Program-made: the position numbers and the translations under genes
Part shown: positions 35,898-44,396 of the stretch, piece after piece
Position numbering within the stretch: the stretch's first letter is position 1
Layout: the number at the start of each line of letters is the position of its first letter
Notes under the pieces: model-generated
The model's database searches: none
What the model was told of the DNA's origin: nothing
Seen by the model: the letters and a program-made list of their open reading frames with translations, nothing else
From: an uncultured Gammaproteobacteria bacterium
GTDB taxonomy: Bacteria > Patescibacteriota > Microgenomatia > UBA1406 > HO2-37-13b
Assembly (NCBI GenBank): GCA_964556475.1
Contig: CAZKVU010000005.1
Span: 1 to 59,719, forward strand
DNA length: 59,719 bases
Reading direction: 5' to 3'

Positions 35898-36593
35898 ATG
35901 AATAGTGAGCTCCCGAATCACGTCGCCCTGATTCTTGATGGTAATAGACGATGGGCAAAACAGCACCATCTTCCATCAATTGAGGGCCATAGGAAAGGAG
36001 CTGGAACAATTCGTAAAATAATTAGATATCTAGCGGCGAAAGGTGTTCATACGATAACTATTTGGATTTTTTCGACTGAGAACTGGAACAGGGATGAAGA
36101 TCAGGTACATGGATTAATGAAGCTTTTTGAGGAATTTGCAGGTGCATATTTAAAGGATGCTGAAGAAGAAGGAATGAGAATCTGTCACCTTGGTCGTAAA
36201 GATAGGTTAAGCGAATCATTGCGTAACAAAATCGCAGAATTCGAAGCAAAAACATCGCATTTTGAAAAAAATACATTAAATATTGCATTGGATTATGGAG
36301 GGAGAGATGAGCTCATTCGGGCATTTACAAAACTCTCAGAATCATCTGGTAGTGATAAGTCAATTACAGAAAAAAATATTGATGCCGCTCTTGATACAGC
36401 CGGACAAAAATATCCGAATCCTGATATGATTATTCGGACAGGTGGTGAGCAGCGTATATCCGGATTTATGCTGTGGCAGGGTGCTTATGCAGAATATTTT
36501 TTTACCGATACGCTTTTGCCGGATTTATCTGAGAATGAGATAGAGAATATGTTGTCAGAGTATGCACAACGACAGCGCAGATATGGAGCATAA
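35898..36593 (+). CDS. uppS: Isoprenyl transferase (undecaprenyl diphosphate synthase family)
   Basis: HVALILDGNRRWA and IRTGGEQRISGFMLWQ motifs. Confidence 0.85.
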   Translation: MNSELPNHVALILDGNRRWAKQHHLPSIEGHRKGAGTIRKIIRYLAAKGVHTITIWIFSTENWNRDEDQVHGLMKLFEEFAGAYLKDAEEEGMRICHLGRKDRLSESLRNKIAEFEAKTSHFEKNTLNIALDYGGRDELIRAFTKLSESSGSDKSITEKNIDAALDTAGQKYPNPDMIIRTGGEQRISGFMLWQGAYAEYFFTDTLLPDLSENEIENMLSEYAQRQRRYGA

Positions 36594-36604
36594 AATCAAT
36601 AAAA

Positions 36605-37648
36605 ATGTTTAATCCAACTTTTTCCATAACAAATAAAATACTCAAAAATATTGGAGTCATCGAGGCGTCCAGGGAAGTTATTAATGACTCTCCATTACTT
36701 CCTTTATGGGAAAAAAGATTCAAGGAAGATGCTGTTATCAGAACAGCTCATCATGGTACACATATTGAGGGAAATAGACTGAATTTAAGCGAAGCAAAAG
36801 AGGTTTTGATGGGAGGAGATGTGGTTGGGAGGGCGCGAGATGTTCAGGAAGTTATAAACTATCGCCGAACTCTGCAGGTTATTGAGGATGAAGCAGAAAG
36901 AGATATTAAAAGAATTACAGATGGGACTATCAAAAAGCTCCATAGAACAGTTGTTGCAGGGATTTTAAATCCTGAGCAGATTGGCGAATTCAGAACAAAG
37001 CAGGTTGTGATTAGAAATAGCGAGAATGGTGAGATTACTTTTCGTCCGCCTGCAGCAGTTGAAGTACCATTCCTTATTCGAGAATTTTTATACTGGCTTA
37101 ATAAGACAACTTCTGACGATTTGCACCCAGTGCTCAAAGCAGGGATAGCTCATCATGAATTAGTGCGCATTCATCCGTTTATTGACGGAAACGGACGTGT
37201 CGCTCGGGCGCTTGTCACCTTGATTTTGTATCTGGATGGGTATGATATTCGACAGTTCTTCTCACTTGAGGAATATTACGACAAAGATGCGCTCTCATAT
37301 TATGAAAATCTACAAAAGGCCTCAGGAGGGGATATCAGCGCGTGGCTTGAATATTTTGTTCTTGGTGTAGCTATAGAGTTTGAACGAATAAAGAAAAAAA
37401 TTCTGAAATTATCAAAAGATACCTATCTTAAAGAAAAACTTGGGGGGAAGCAGGTGTTTATCACCGAAAGGCAAACCCGGATTATTGAGTATATTCAGAG
37501 CGTTGGGTACGTCCAGAACAAAATGTTTGGCGATATGGTTGAAGATGTATCTGAAGATACAATTCTGCGGGATCTAACAGACCTTATTGATAAAGGAATC
37601 GTTAAGAAGGTCGGCAGCACGAAAGCCGCTCGATACGAGATGGTGTAA
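36605..37648 (+). CDS. Fic family protein (AMPylase-type) with C-terminal wHTH-like region
   Basis: Fic motif HPFIDGNGRVARA and an N-terminal GTHIEGN inhibitory-helix-like motif. Confidence 0.8.
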   Translation: MFNPTFSITNKILKNIGVIEASREVINDSPLLPLWEKRFKEDAVIRTAHHGTHIEGNRLNLSEAKEVLMGGDVVGRARDVQEVINYRRTLQVIEDEAERDIKRITDGTIKKLHRTVVAGILNPEQIGEFRTKQVVIRNSENGEITFRPPAAVEVPFLIREFLYWLNKTTSDDLHPVLKAGIAHHELVRIHPFIDGNGRVARALVTLILYLDGYDIRQFFSLEEYYDKDALSYYENLQKASGGDISAWLEYFVLGVAIEFERIKKKILKLSKDTYLKEKLGGKQVFITERQTRIIEYIQSVGYVQNKMFGDMVEDVSEDTILRDLTDLIDKGIVKKVGSTKAARYEMV

Positions 37649-37657
37649 CAATGTATT

Positions 37658-39445
37658 ATGCAATTTCAAAAACTTGCTCATTATTTTGAAAGGATTGAGG
37701 GTACGCCTTCTCGTCTGGAAATGACGAAGATCCTTGCGGATTTATTCAAGGAAATCGAATTGGACGAAATGGATAAGGTCCTGTACCTCCTTCAGGGCCG
37801 ATTGGCTCCACAATATGTTAAGATCGACTTCGGACTTGGTGAGAAAATGGTCCTTCGGTCTGTTGAGAAAGCCCTTAATGTTGATCATAAGGTTTTCATG
37901 AATGAATACAAAAAAGTTGGCGACATCGGAAAGACAGTTGAAGAATTTAAAAAATCGATACGGAGCATTATGGAGGTCGATTTAACGGTGACTCAGGTAT
38001 TTGAAAAACTTTTTCTATTAGCAAAGGCGGCTGGGGAGGGATCTCAGGATGCGAAAATATCACACTTGGTTGATTTGGTGCAATCGGTTGATGGATTGTC
38101 AGCTCGATATATCGTGCGTATTCCAACAAATACCTTAAGATTAGGTTTTTCAGACATGACCATACTTGATGCTTTTTCATGGATGCTTACCGGGGATAAA
38201 TCTTTACGAGAATCAATTCAGAAGGCTTATCATGTACGGCCAGATCTTGGTGAAATTGGAAAGATTGTAAAAAGGGACGGACTTAAAGGATTAAAGAATA
38301 TTAAGCCACATGTATTTACACCTATTCTTATGATGAAGGCACAGCGCCTTCCGACAACAAAAGATATTGTTGAAAAAATTGGGCAGGGCGTCATAGAACC
38401 AAAATATGATGGTTTCCGGTTGCAAGCTCATTATAAAAAAAACGCGAAGGGCTCTGATGTTAAACTTTTTTCTCGAGGGCTTGAGGACGTTACGTACATG
38501 TACCCAGATATTGTTGAAGGTGTAAAAAAAGAGGTGAAGGCAGATGAAATGATCCTTGAAGGTGAGGCAATTGGGTTTGACGACCATACCGGTACCTTTT
38601 TACCTTTTCAGGAAACCGTCCAGCGAAAAAGAAAATACGATATTTCGGAAAAAGCAAAAGAAATTCCACTCAAAATGTTTGTATTTGAGGTGCTCATGGT
38701 TAATGGATTGTCGCTGCTTGAAACGCCATTGAAGGATCGCGTTAAGGAGCTTCGCAAACATATCACATTACACGACGATATTTTTAAAGATACTATTTTG
38801 ATCTCTCCAGAAATTACAGCTGATAGTGAACAGCAAATCGATGTCATTTTTAATGATTCAATTTCAAAGGGATTAGAAGGTGTTATGGTAAAGAAGCTTG
38901 ATGGGACGTATCAACCAGGCGCACGAGGATGGAATTGGATTAAGTATAAACGGAGTTATTCGCACAAAATTAATGATACGATTGACTGCATTGTCATGGG
39001 GTATGATATTGGAAAAGGTAAACGGGCGGGTTTTGGCATCGGGGCATTTCTTGTAGGTGTATATGATCAGGAGTCTGATCAATTTAAAACGGTGGCAAAA
39101 ATTGGTACAGGTCTTTCTGACGATGAATGGCGAGAGCTTAAGAAGCGGTCGGATGCACTTTCTTCACAAAAAAAACCTGCATTATACGACGTTGATAAAA
39201 TTATGGACGTTGACGTGTGGGTAAAACCATATATTATTGTCGAGATTCGTGCAGATGAAATCACGCGATCAAATATGCATACTGCAGGTCGAACGCTTAA
39301 ACCTTCTAAAACAGGAAAAGCACAGGATGTCGATAATTTAGGCTATGCGTTAAGATTCCCTCGTCTGGAAAAATTCCGCACTGATAAAACACCTTCAGAT
39401 GCAACCTCTGTTGCCGAAGTACAGGCGATGTTTGAAGCAAAATAA
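37658..39445 (+). CDS. lig: ATP-dependent DNA ligase, archaeal/eukaryotic Lig1-type with N-terminal DNA-binding domain
   Basis: 595 aa with motif I EPKYDGFR, EGEAIG, EGVMVK, NWIKYK and a C-terminal OB domain. Confidence 0.85.
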   Translation: MQFQKLAHYFERIEGTPSRLEMTKILADLFKEIELDEMDKVLYLLQGRLAPQYVKIDFGLGEKMVLRSVEKALNVDHKVFMNEYKKVGDIGKTVEEFKKSIRSIMEVDLTVTQVFEKLFLLAKAAGEGSQDAKISHLVDLVQSVDGLSARYIVRIPTNTLRLGFSDMTILDAFSWMLTGDKSLRESIQKAYHVRPDLGEIGKIVKRDGLKGLKNIKPHVFTPILMMKAQRLPTTKDIVEKIGQGVIEPKYDGFRLQAHYKKNAKGSDVKLFSRGLEDVTYMYPDIVEGVKKEVKADEMILEGEAIGFDDHTGTFLPFQETVQRKRKYDISEKAKEIPLKMFVFEVLMVNGLSLLETPLKDRVKELRKHITLHDDIFKDTILISPEITADSEQQIDVIFNDSISKGLEGVMVKKLDGTYQPGARGWNWIKYKRSYSHKINDTIDCIVMGYDIGKGKRAGFGIGAFLVGVYDQESDQFKTVAKIGTGLSDDEWRELKKRSDALSSQKKPALYDVDKIMDVDVWVKPYIIVEIRADEITRSNMHTAGRTLKPSKTGKAQDVDNLGYALRFPRLEKFRTDKTPSDATSVAEVQAMFEAK

Positions 39446-39449
39446 CAGA

Positions 39450-39746
39450 TTACTGCTTTGACTCTTTTGTTTTTTTATTCTCTCGTTGTGAACTACGCTC
39501 TCGTTGAGCAATAAGCAGCATTATCATAAAGATTGCTGTTATGAAGGCCCAGGAGCAAATAAAATTCTCTACCCCATGAGCAAGCGACGGCCGGAAAAAA
39601 TCAAAATCCAGAATATTATATATATTGAGCAAATCTAAATCGCCGGCTCGTAATGCCTGAAATGCAATAATTGCCAGATGGACTGATGCACCAGCAAGTA
39701 TAGTCTTTTTAAGAGCTAAAATAATGAGCTGTGTGTCTATTTTCAT
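39450..39746 (-). CDS. Hypothetical small membrane protein
   Basis: 98 aa with 2-3 hydrophobic segments. It overlaps the 3' end of the upstream GT gene by 4 nt. Confidence 0.4.
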   Translation of the reverse strand: MKIDTQLIILALKKTILAGASVHLAIIAFQALRAGDLDLLNIYNILDFDFFRPSLAHGVENFICSWAFITAIFMIMLLIAQRERSSQRENKKTKESKQ

Positions 39747-40915
39747 ATAAATTTTTGATAATATTCTTCAAACTGATGAGTGATTTCCCCTAATTCATAT
39801 TTTTCATTAAATACTTTTAGAGAATTTGCGCTTAATGTATTTTTAAGCTTTTCATCGGTAATAATTTTAAGCATATTGTGGGCAAAACCTTCAATATCAT
39901 CTGGTCTTGAAAGCAAGCCAACATTCTTTATCATCTCACCTGTCCCCCTTTTAGCTGATCCGACCGCCGGAAGTCCAAAAGCAAATGCTTCAATAAGTGA
40001 AACAGGTTGTAATTCAGAAATACTTGCAGTCGCGAACATATCAACCATCTGATAATAGCCTTCGGTTAACAATGGTTTTTGCTCTACTTCGCCATGGAAA
40101 ATTACATCTTTTTTCAAACCAAGTTTATTGACGAGATCTTTTAGCAAAGGCAATGCTGGGCCTTTTCCAATAATAAGCAAATGTGTATCAGGTTGCTTCT
40201 TCAATACAATCTTAAAGCTTTTTATAAGTTGATCAATGTTTTTTTCATGTGAAACTCGGCCCACATATAAAATGACATGCTCACGTAATTTAAGTTTCTT
40301 TTTGAGCTCTGCAACCTTCTCCGGTGACACTTTCTTTATTGTTTGTGTATCAAGCGAATTATGAATGACGCTAATATTCTTAACAATACCTCGAGTAATC
40401 AACTCTTTTTTGGAAATTTCCGATGGAGTAACCACACCGTCAGTTAAATTAAAGTAGAACGTCGTATACTTCCATAAAACATTTGTTGTTATTTTTTGGA
40501 AGGTATCAACAAAGCCAATAACCTTCAAATATTCTGGCTCCATAAAATACCCGTGAAACGTACCAATTACTGGTATCCCAAGCTGTTTTGCAATAATGAT
40601 CCCTGCAATACCTGCTGAAGATGGTGATTGGAAGTGGATTATATCCGGTCTGAATTTTTTCGTCACTCTATATGCCTGATTAAATATTGGATATGAAAAA
40701 CGAACTTCTGGATAAAAAAACACGGGGAATGATGGCAGATATTCTACATGAACGTTTTCAACCTTGTATTGGATCGGTTTGTCTGTCTTAGCTTTTGGAG
40801 CAAAAATATAGATACGGTGCCCTTGTCTACTCAATCCAAGTACTTGATTAAGAAGTGCTGTTGTCACACCATTGAGGTGTGGCAGAAACATGTCTGTAAA
40901 AAATGCAATTTTCAT
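39743..40915 (-). CDS. Glycosyltransferase family 4 (GT-B)
   Basis: Start at internal Met (MKIAFFTDMFLPHLNGV, CAT at 40913-40915). E-x7-E region ELQPVSLIEAFAFGLPAV. The longer 41011 start would overlap the upstream gene. Confidence 0.75.
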   Translation of the reverse strand: MKIAFFTDMFLPHLNGVTTALLNQVLGLSRQGHRIYIFAPKAKTDKPIQYKVENVHVEYLPSFPVFFYPEVRFSYPIFNQAYRVTKKFRPDIIHFQSPSSAGIAGIIIAKQLGIPVIGTFHGYFMEPEYLKVIGFVDTFQKITTNVLWKYTTFYFNLTDGVVTPSEISKKELITRGIVKNISVIHNSLDTQTIKKVSPEKVAELKKKLKLREHVILYVGRVSHEKNIDQLIKSFKIVLKKQPDTHLLIIGKGPALPLLKDLVNKLGLKKDVIFHGEVEQKPLLTEGYYQMVDMFATASISELQPVSLIEAFAFGLPAVGSAKRGTGEMIKNVGLLSRPDDIEGFAHNMLKIITDEKLKNTLSANSLKVFNEKYELGEITHQFEEYYQKFI

Positions 40916-40958
40916 ACCTTTCAGCAGTATATTATAGCAATTTGATATTTTTTTTGGT

Positions 40959-41666
40959 TCATATTGAGAAAATAGACAATATCGGCTTGTGATCAGAATA
41001 TTTTCCTTCAACGCGCTCGGTACTTACATGATGGATTTTTCTGAAGAGCACGTAGTCAAGCTTAAATGTGATTGGTACAAAGGGAATATTGCTCTTGAAT
41101 GTGGCAAAAATATTGGTTGTTGACTCAGTAAATCCGTATTGTTTAAATATTTCTTCAAAATTGCTGCGATTATATGGGTAATTAAAATCACCAAGCATAA
41201 CAGTTGCTTCGTTGGCTCCGTTAACATTTTGAAATGTTTCATGCATTTGCTTGTCCCTCAGTCGATTCATAGCATATGGAGATAGATGTATATTAATGAT
41301 GTTCAGTTTTTTACCTTCAATTTCAAAAACTGTTTTAAGGACGGTTCTTTGCCTTCGCCCACCATTAAGTACAAACTCGACCACTTCGACAAAGCCTGAA
41401 GGAAGATTAATCGAGTCAGTTCTAATAAGTTTAAAGTCCTTTCGTGAGGTGAAAGTAGCTACACCGAAAATGTCATTCCACTTCACACGAGAATTCGCAT
41501 AGTCACACAAATCGAACCCGAGAGATTGAACATGAGCTAAATTTTCAAGAGATGTGTTTATCTCCTGCAGGCATAAAATATCTGGCTTATGTTTACTGAT
41601 TAATGCTGGGAGTCTTTTTAGACCCTTATTAAAGTCCATATTAAATGTCATGACGGAAAAATCCAT
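40959..41666 (-). CDS. Endonuclease/exonuclease/phosphatase (EEP) family protein
   Basis: 235 aa with ILCLQE, LGDFNY and SDHKPI motifs. Confidence 0.7.
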   Translation of the reverse strand: MDFSVMTFNMDFNKGLKRLPALISKHKPDILCLQEINTSLENLAHVQSLGFDLCDYANSRVKWNDIFGVATFTSRKDFKLIRTDSINLPSGFVEVVEFVLNGGRRQRTVLKTVFEIEGKKLNIINIHLSPYAMNRLRDKQMHETFQNVNGANEATVMLGDFNYPYNRSNFEEIFKQYGFTESTTNIFATFKSNIPFVPITFKLDYVLFRKIHHVSTERVEGKYSDHKPILSIFSI

Positions 41667-41709
41667 AGTCTAATTATATCGTATAGGTACAAAAAAACTT
41701 ATCATCAAG

Positions 41710-41718
41710 TTATCCACA
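41710..41718. promoter_or_regulatory. Perfect consensus DnaA box TTATCCACA
   Basis: Exact 9-mer in the longest intergenic region. Only one further 2-mismatch site was seen (TCATTCACG, 41871-41879). Confidence 0.3.
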
Positions 41719-41815
41719 AAGTTTGTGTTATTTTATTTAGACCGTCGGAATAGTTTAAATAGGGACAATATTATTATCGGACGTCCTATATAAGAGATGT
41801 ATTTTTCTATGGGAC

Positions 41816-41844
41816 TTGACAGCAAAATTGATGAGGTGTAGACT
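41816..41844 (+). promoter_or_regulatory. Putative promoter TTGACA-17 nt-TAGACT, 6 nt upstream of an ATG
   Basis: TTGACA at 41816-41821, a 17-nt spacer, TAGACT at 41839-41844, and an ATG at 41851. Confidence 0.4.
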
Positions 41845-41850
41845 CGAGAT

Positions 41851-41994
41851 ATGAAAATAAATGTCAAAGCTCATTCACGAAAACTGCTCTCAATAGCTGC
41901 AGCAAATAAAGCTTTGCTTTTGTTTACAAAGGGTCAGTTCGAGGAAATAAAGAACAGAAAAATGGCTGTTCCAGTAACGTTGTATCGTTTATAA
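41851..41994 (+). CDS. Possible 47-aa basic protein (MKINVKAHSRKLLSIAAANKALLLFTKGQFEEIKNRKMAVPVTLYRL)
   Basis: Hand-translated and below the track cutoff. A consensus -35 promoter lies just upstream. No family recognised. Confidence 0.3.
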   Translation: MKINVKAHSRKLLSIAAANKALLLFTKGQFEEIKNRKMAVPVTLYRL

Positions 41995-42153
41995 GGCATA
42001 TGTCCTTTTATGGGTACGAGGAACTGAATTTAAGGGTAAACGAGGATATAAAAAATAAAGAGCATCACTACCGTTCGCAATAGCTACGACGAATAGTAAT
42101 GCCCTTTTATGGGTCTCCGAGGATCGGAGTTAATATACTTTTTATCAAAATAC

Positions 42154-44343
42154 TTATATGCTGTCAAGGGGTATTTTGTAGAGTTGTACTTTTCTATTTG
42201 ATGATTCAAAAATAAGCTGTCCTAGAGCCTCAAACTTATCTTCATATAATGTGGTGTATCGAGACCTTTCATTTGGGCCAATAATTACATAGCTGATATT
42301 GAATTTCTTTAAGAGCCCTTTGGTTTCAGCAATATCGTGACTGGTATAAATCGCCTGTATACTGGGTATGAGTTTCCCTACCACGTCTGGATTGCCTCTC
42401 CAAAGCCACTGGTGTACATACCAGCCCGCAATGGTGGGTATGCCCGTATATGCAGATACTAAATTAAAGTCAGTGTAGGAATCTCCTTGTGCCTCCAGAA
42501 GTACTGTATTACTGTAAACCTGTGTCCCATTAAGGAAATCAATCACCTCTTTATATTCCGGGTAATCATTTTTCATCCATGCTGATCCATCAAGTGTTGG
42601 TTGCCTCATCTGATTGGCATAGAATGAATTGATTGCAAAATTTGGGTAAATTGCAACCAGTATAAAAAGAGGAATCCACATAACAAGGTAAATTTTATGA
42701 ACAAAAGGTTCATTATCGACATTATGTTTGATCGTGGTGAAGACATATGCGCTTGCAATTCCCATCATAATAAAAGCCTGATAACCCAACTTAAACATGG
42801 TATTCGCCCTGAAGTGTGATGGATATATATCTTTTGCGTAAATAAATTCAGGCAGAATAATCAGAATTGTTCCGACAAAGAACAGGATGAAAATAAACAG
42901 TTCAGTTTGATTGACTTCCTTTTTACTTTTTAATTTATATATAGCAAAAGAAATAAAGTTGAACCAGAAGAAGCCCCAGAGTGTTAAAAGCATCCACCAT
43001 TGAGAAATTTGACATTTACCCTGTTCAAACGTGAATGGCCCGAGTTTTTGCATTTTAACGAACATAGCAGGAGCGCAGTTAACCCCAATGCTTGATGAAA
43101 ATGGTTCGAAATTGATTGTAAAAGGTAAACTGGAAATAATAAATGTGACGATAACAATCGCCAGATTAATAAGTAAATCACGCGAAAATCCAAAAACAAT
43201 CAAAAAGACGACGCCTGTTAAAAGTAAATAAATAATTGCGTCAAAAGCATTAGTCATATAATGAACCCCGATAAGAAATCCAATCATAATAGGCCACATA
43301 TAATTAATCGGCTGTTTGAGCTTTATGAAGATATTGCGAATGTCAAAGGATTGAGCAATTTTATGTTCGATGAAAAATACATATATAACCGCAATAGTTA
43401 GCAGCACAAAAGGAATGTCAAACACATGGCCGTGTAAATCCGCAACAACATATGAATACAAGGGAAATTCGTGTATTGTAAATGGAATAAATCGTGTTGC
43501 ATTAGGATACCAATAGGATTCACTCAAACGATTCAATAAGATTTTAGGATTAAGGAATTCAGATAGTGTGTATTTTGAAGCGAGCTGCCAGAAAGGAACA
43601 GCTTTGTCAGTGTCGTAGCCTTTAGTAAATGCGTAGATCGTATGAAGATTACCCCCAAGATTAACAAGGAACGAGCCAATAAAACCTGTTAAAAGCGATT
43701 TTTTTATATTATGTTTGAATGCGCGATATGCAATATTGAATCCCAGTGAAAATGTTTGCGTAATACCAAGCGCAAAGATTGTTGCAAGGATGAGATTGTA
43801 TGTTACGTTTGAAGGAATCTGTGATAGCTTTGATAAAAATGCACCACTGATGTGCCCAAAGTAATAATAATTAATTGATTTTCCGGCGAGCCACATATCC
43901 TGCGCTGGTAGATATGGTCCACGGAGTACTGAATTCATAAATCCAAAATCCATAAATTTCTCAAGACCACGAATATCAGATTGATGACTCCGTATATATA
44001 CCCAGGAAAGAAATGCAAAAAGGAAAAGAATCTCCTCACCAATGATAAAAATAAGCGGCTGTTGTTTTTTATCAAGAGGGAATTTTTTATGAACCCTGTA
44101 ATTAACGTATAAAGCAATAATAGTAACTATACCGATACCCAGCATGTCAAAAGGAATAATATGGAGGCTTGAAATTAGGAACAGTCCATATGTTAACAAA
44201 AGTATTGCAATTGCTTTGCTAAACGGATAACCAAAATCAAAAAAAGATTTAAATAATGTTCGAGTAATTGGAACAAAAATGAGTCCCAGAATAAAAAGCA
44301 TTATGTACCACAAGAGTACTGGAAAAAACCATTCCATGATCAC
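42154..44343 (-). CDS. DUF2298 / 'YYY' family large polytopic membrane protein (GT-C-like)
   Basis: 729 aa with more than 15 TM segments and the signature INYYYFGH. The track start is GTG 44343; an ATG lies two codons in (44337). Confidence 0.65.
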   Translation of the reverse strand: MIMEWFFPVLLWYIMLFILGLIFVPITRTLFKSFFDFGYPFSKAIAILLLTYGLFLISSLHIIPFDMLGIGIVTIIALYVNYRVHKKFPLDKKQQPLIFIIGEEILFLFAFLSWVYIRSHQSDIRGLEKFMDFGFMNSVLRGPYLPAQDMWLAGKSINYYYFGHISGAFLSKLSQIPSNVTYNLILATIFALGITQTFSLGFNIAYRAFKHNIKKSLLTGFIGSFLVNLGGNLHTIYAFTKGYDTDKAVPFWQLASKYTLSEFLNPKILLNRLSESYWYPNATRFIPFTIHEFPLYSYVVADLHGHVFDIPFVLLTIAVIYVFFIEHKIAQSFDIRNIFIKLKQPINYMWPIMIGFLIGVHYMTNAFDAIIYLLLTGVVFLIVFGFSRDLLINLAIVIVTFIISSLPFTINFEPFSSSIGVNCAPAMFVKMQKLGPFTFEQGKCQISQWWMLLTLWGFFWFNFISFAIYKLKSKKEVNQTELFIFILFFVGTILIILPEFIYAKDIYPSHFRANTMFKLGYQAFIMMGIASAYVFTTIKHNVDNEPFVHKIYLVMWIPLFILVAIYPNFAINSFYANQMRQPTLDGSAWMKNDYPEYKEVIDFLNGTQVYSNTVLLEAQGDSYTDFNLVSAYTGIPTIAGWYVHQWLWRGNPDVVGKLIPSIQAIYTSHDIAETKGLLKKFNISYVIIGPNERSRYTTLYEDKFEALGQLIFESSNRKVQLYKIPLDSI

Positions 44344-44396
44344 ACGATATCGGTTTTAGATTGAAATTACAACCCTTTTTTGATATATTTGCGCTT

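Larger units (their letters stand above)
41797..42125 (+). repeat. Degenerate direct repeats ATGYCCTTTTATGGGT(n)CGAGGA
   Basis: Copies at 42000-42024 and 42099-42125 (core 15/16 identical). Weaker copies at 41797-41815 and 42034-42046. A 6-bp hairpin CTCCGA/TCGGAG lies at 42115-42129. Confidence 0.45.

Noticed and set aside
42006-42018. Exact 13-mer TTTTATGGGTACG shared with 55069-55081
   Set aside because: In 2 x 60 kb of AT-rich sequence, tens of exact 13-mer coincidences are expected by chance. The second copy simply encodes the C-terminus (..TYP*) of the 55071-55562 gene.
41797-42125. Possible CRISPR array or MITE
   Set aside because: There are only two good and two weak copies. The repeats are not of uniform length and spacing is irregular (99 nt and others). 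No cas genes and no terminal inverted repeats are present. I kept it as a generic repeat finding only.
41667-42153. tmRNA, SRP RNA, RNase P RNA or 6S RNA in the long intergenic region
   Set aside because: I could not find the conserved cores, such as the SRP GGAA/AGCA symmetric loop, a tmRNA tRNA-like end with an ...ALAA tag frame, or the RNase P P4 sequences. A covariance-model scan would be needed to be sure.
44344-44396. T-box or other leader upstream of valS
   Set aside because: Only 53 nt separate valS from the divergent DUF2298 gene. That is far too short for a T-box riboswitch.
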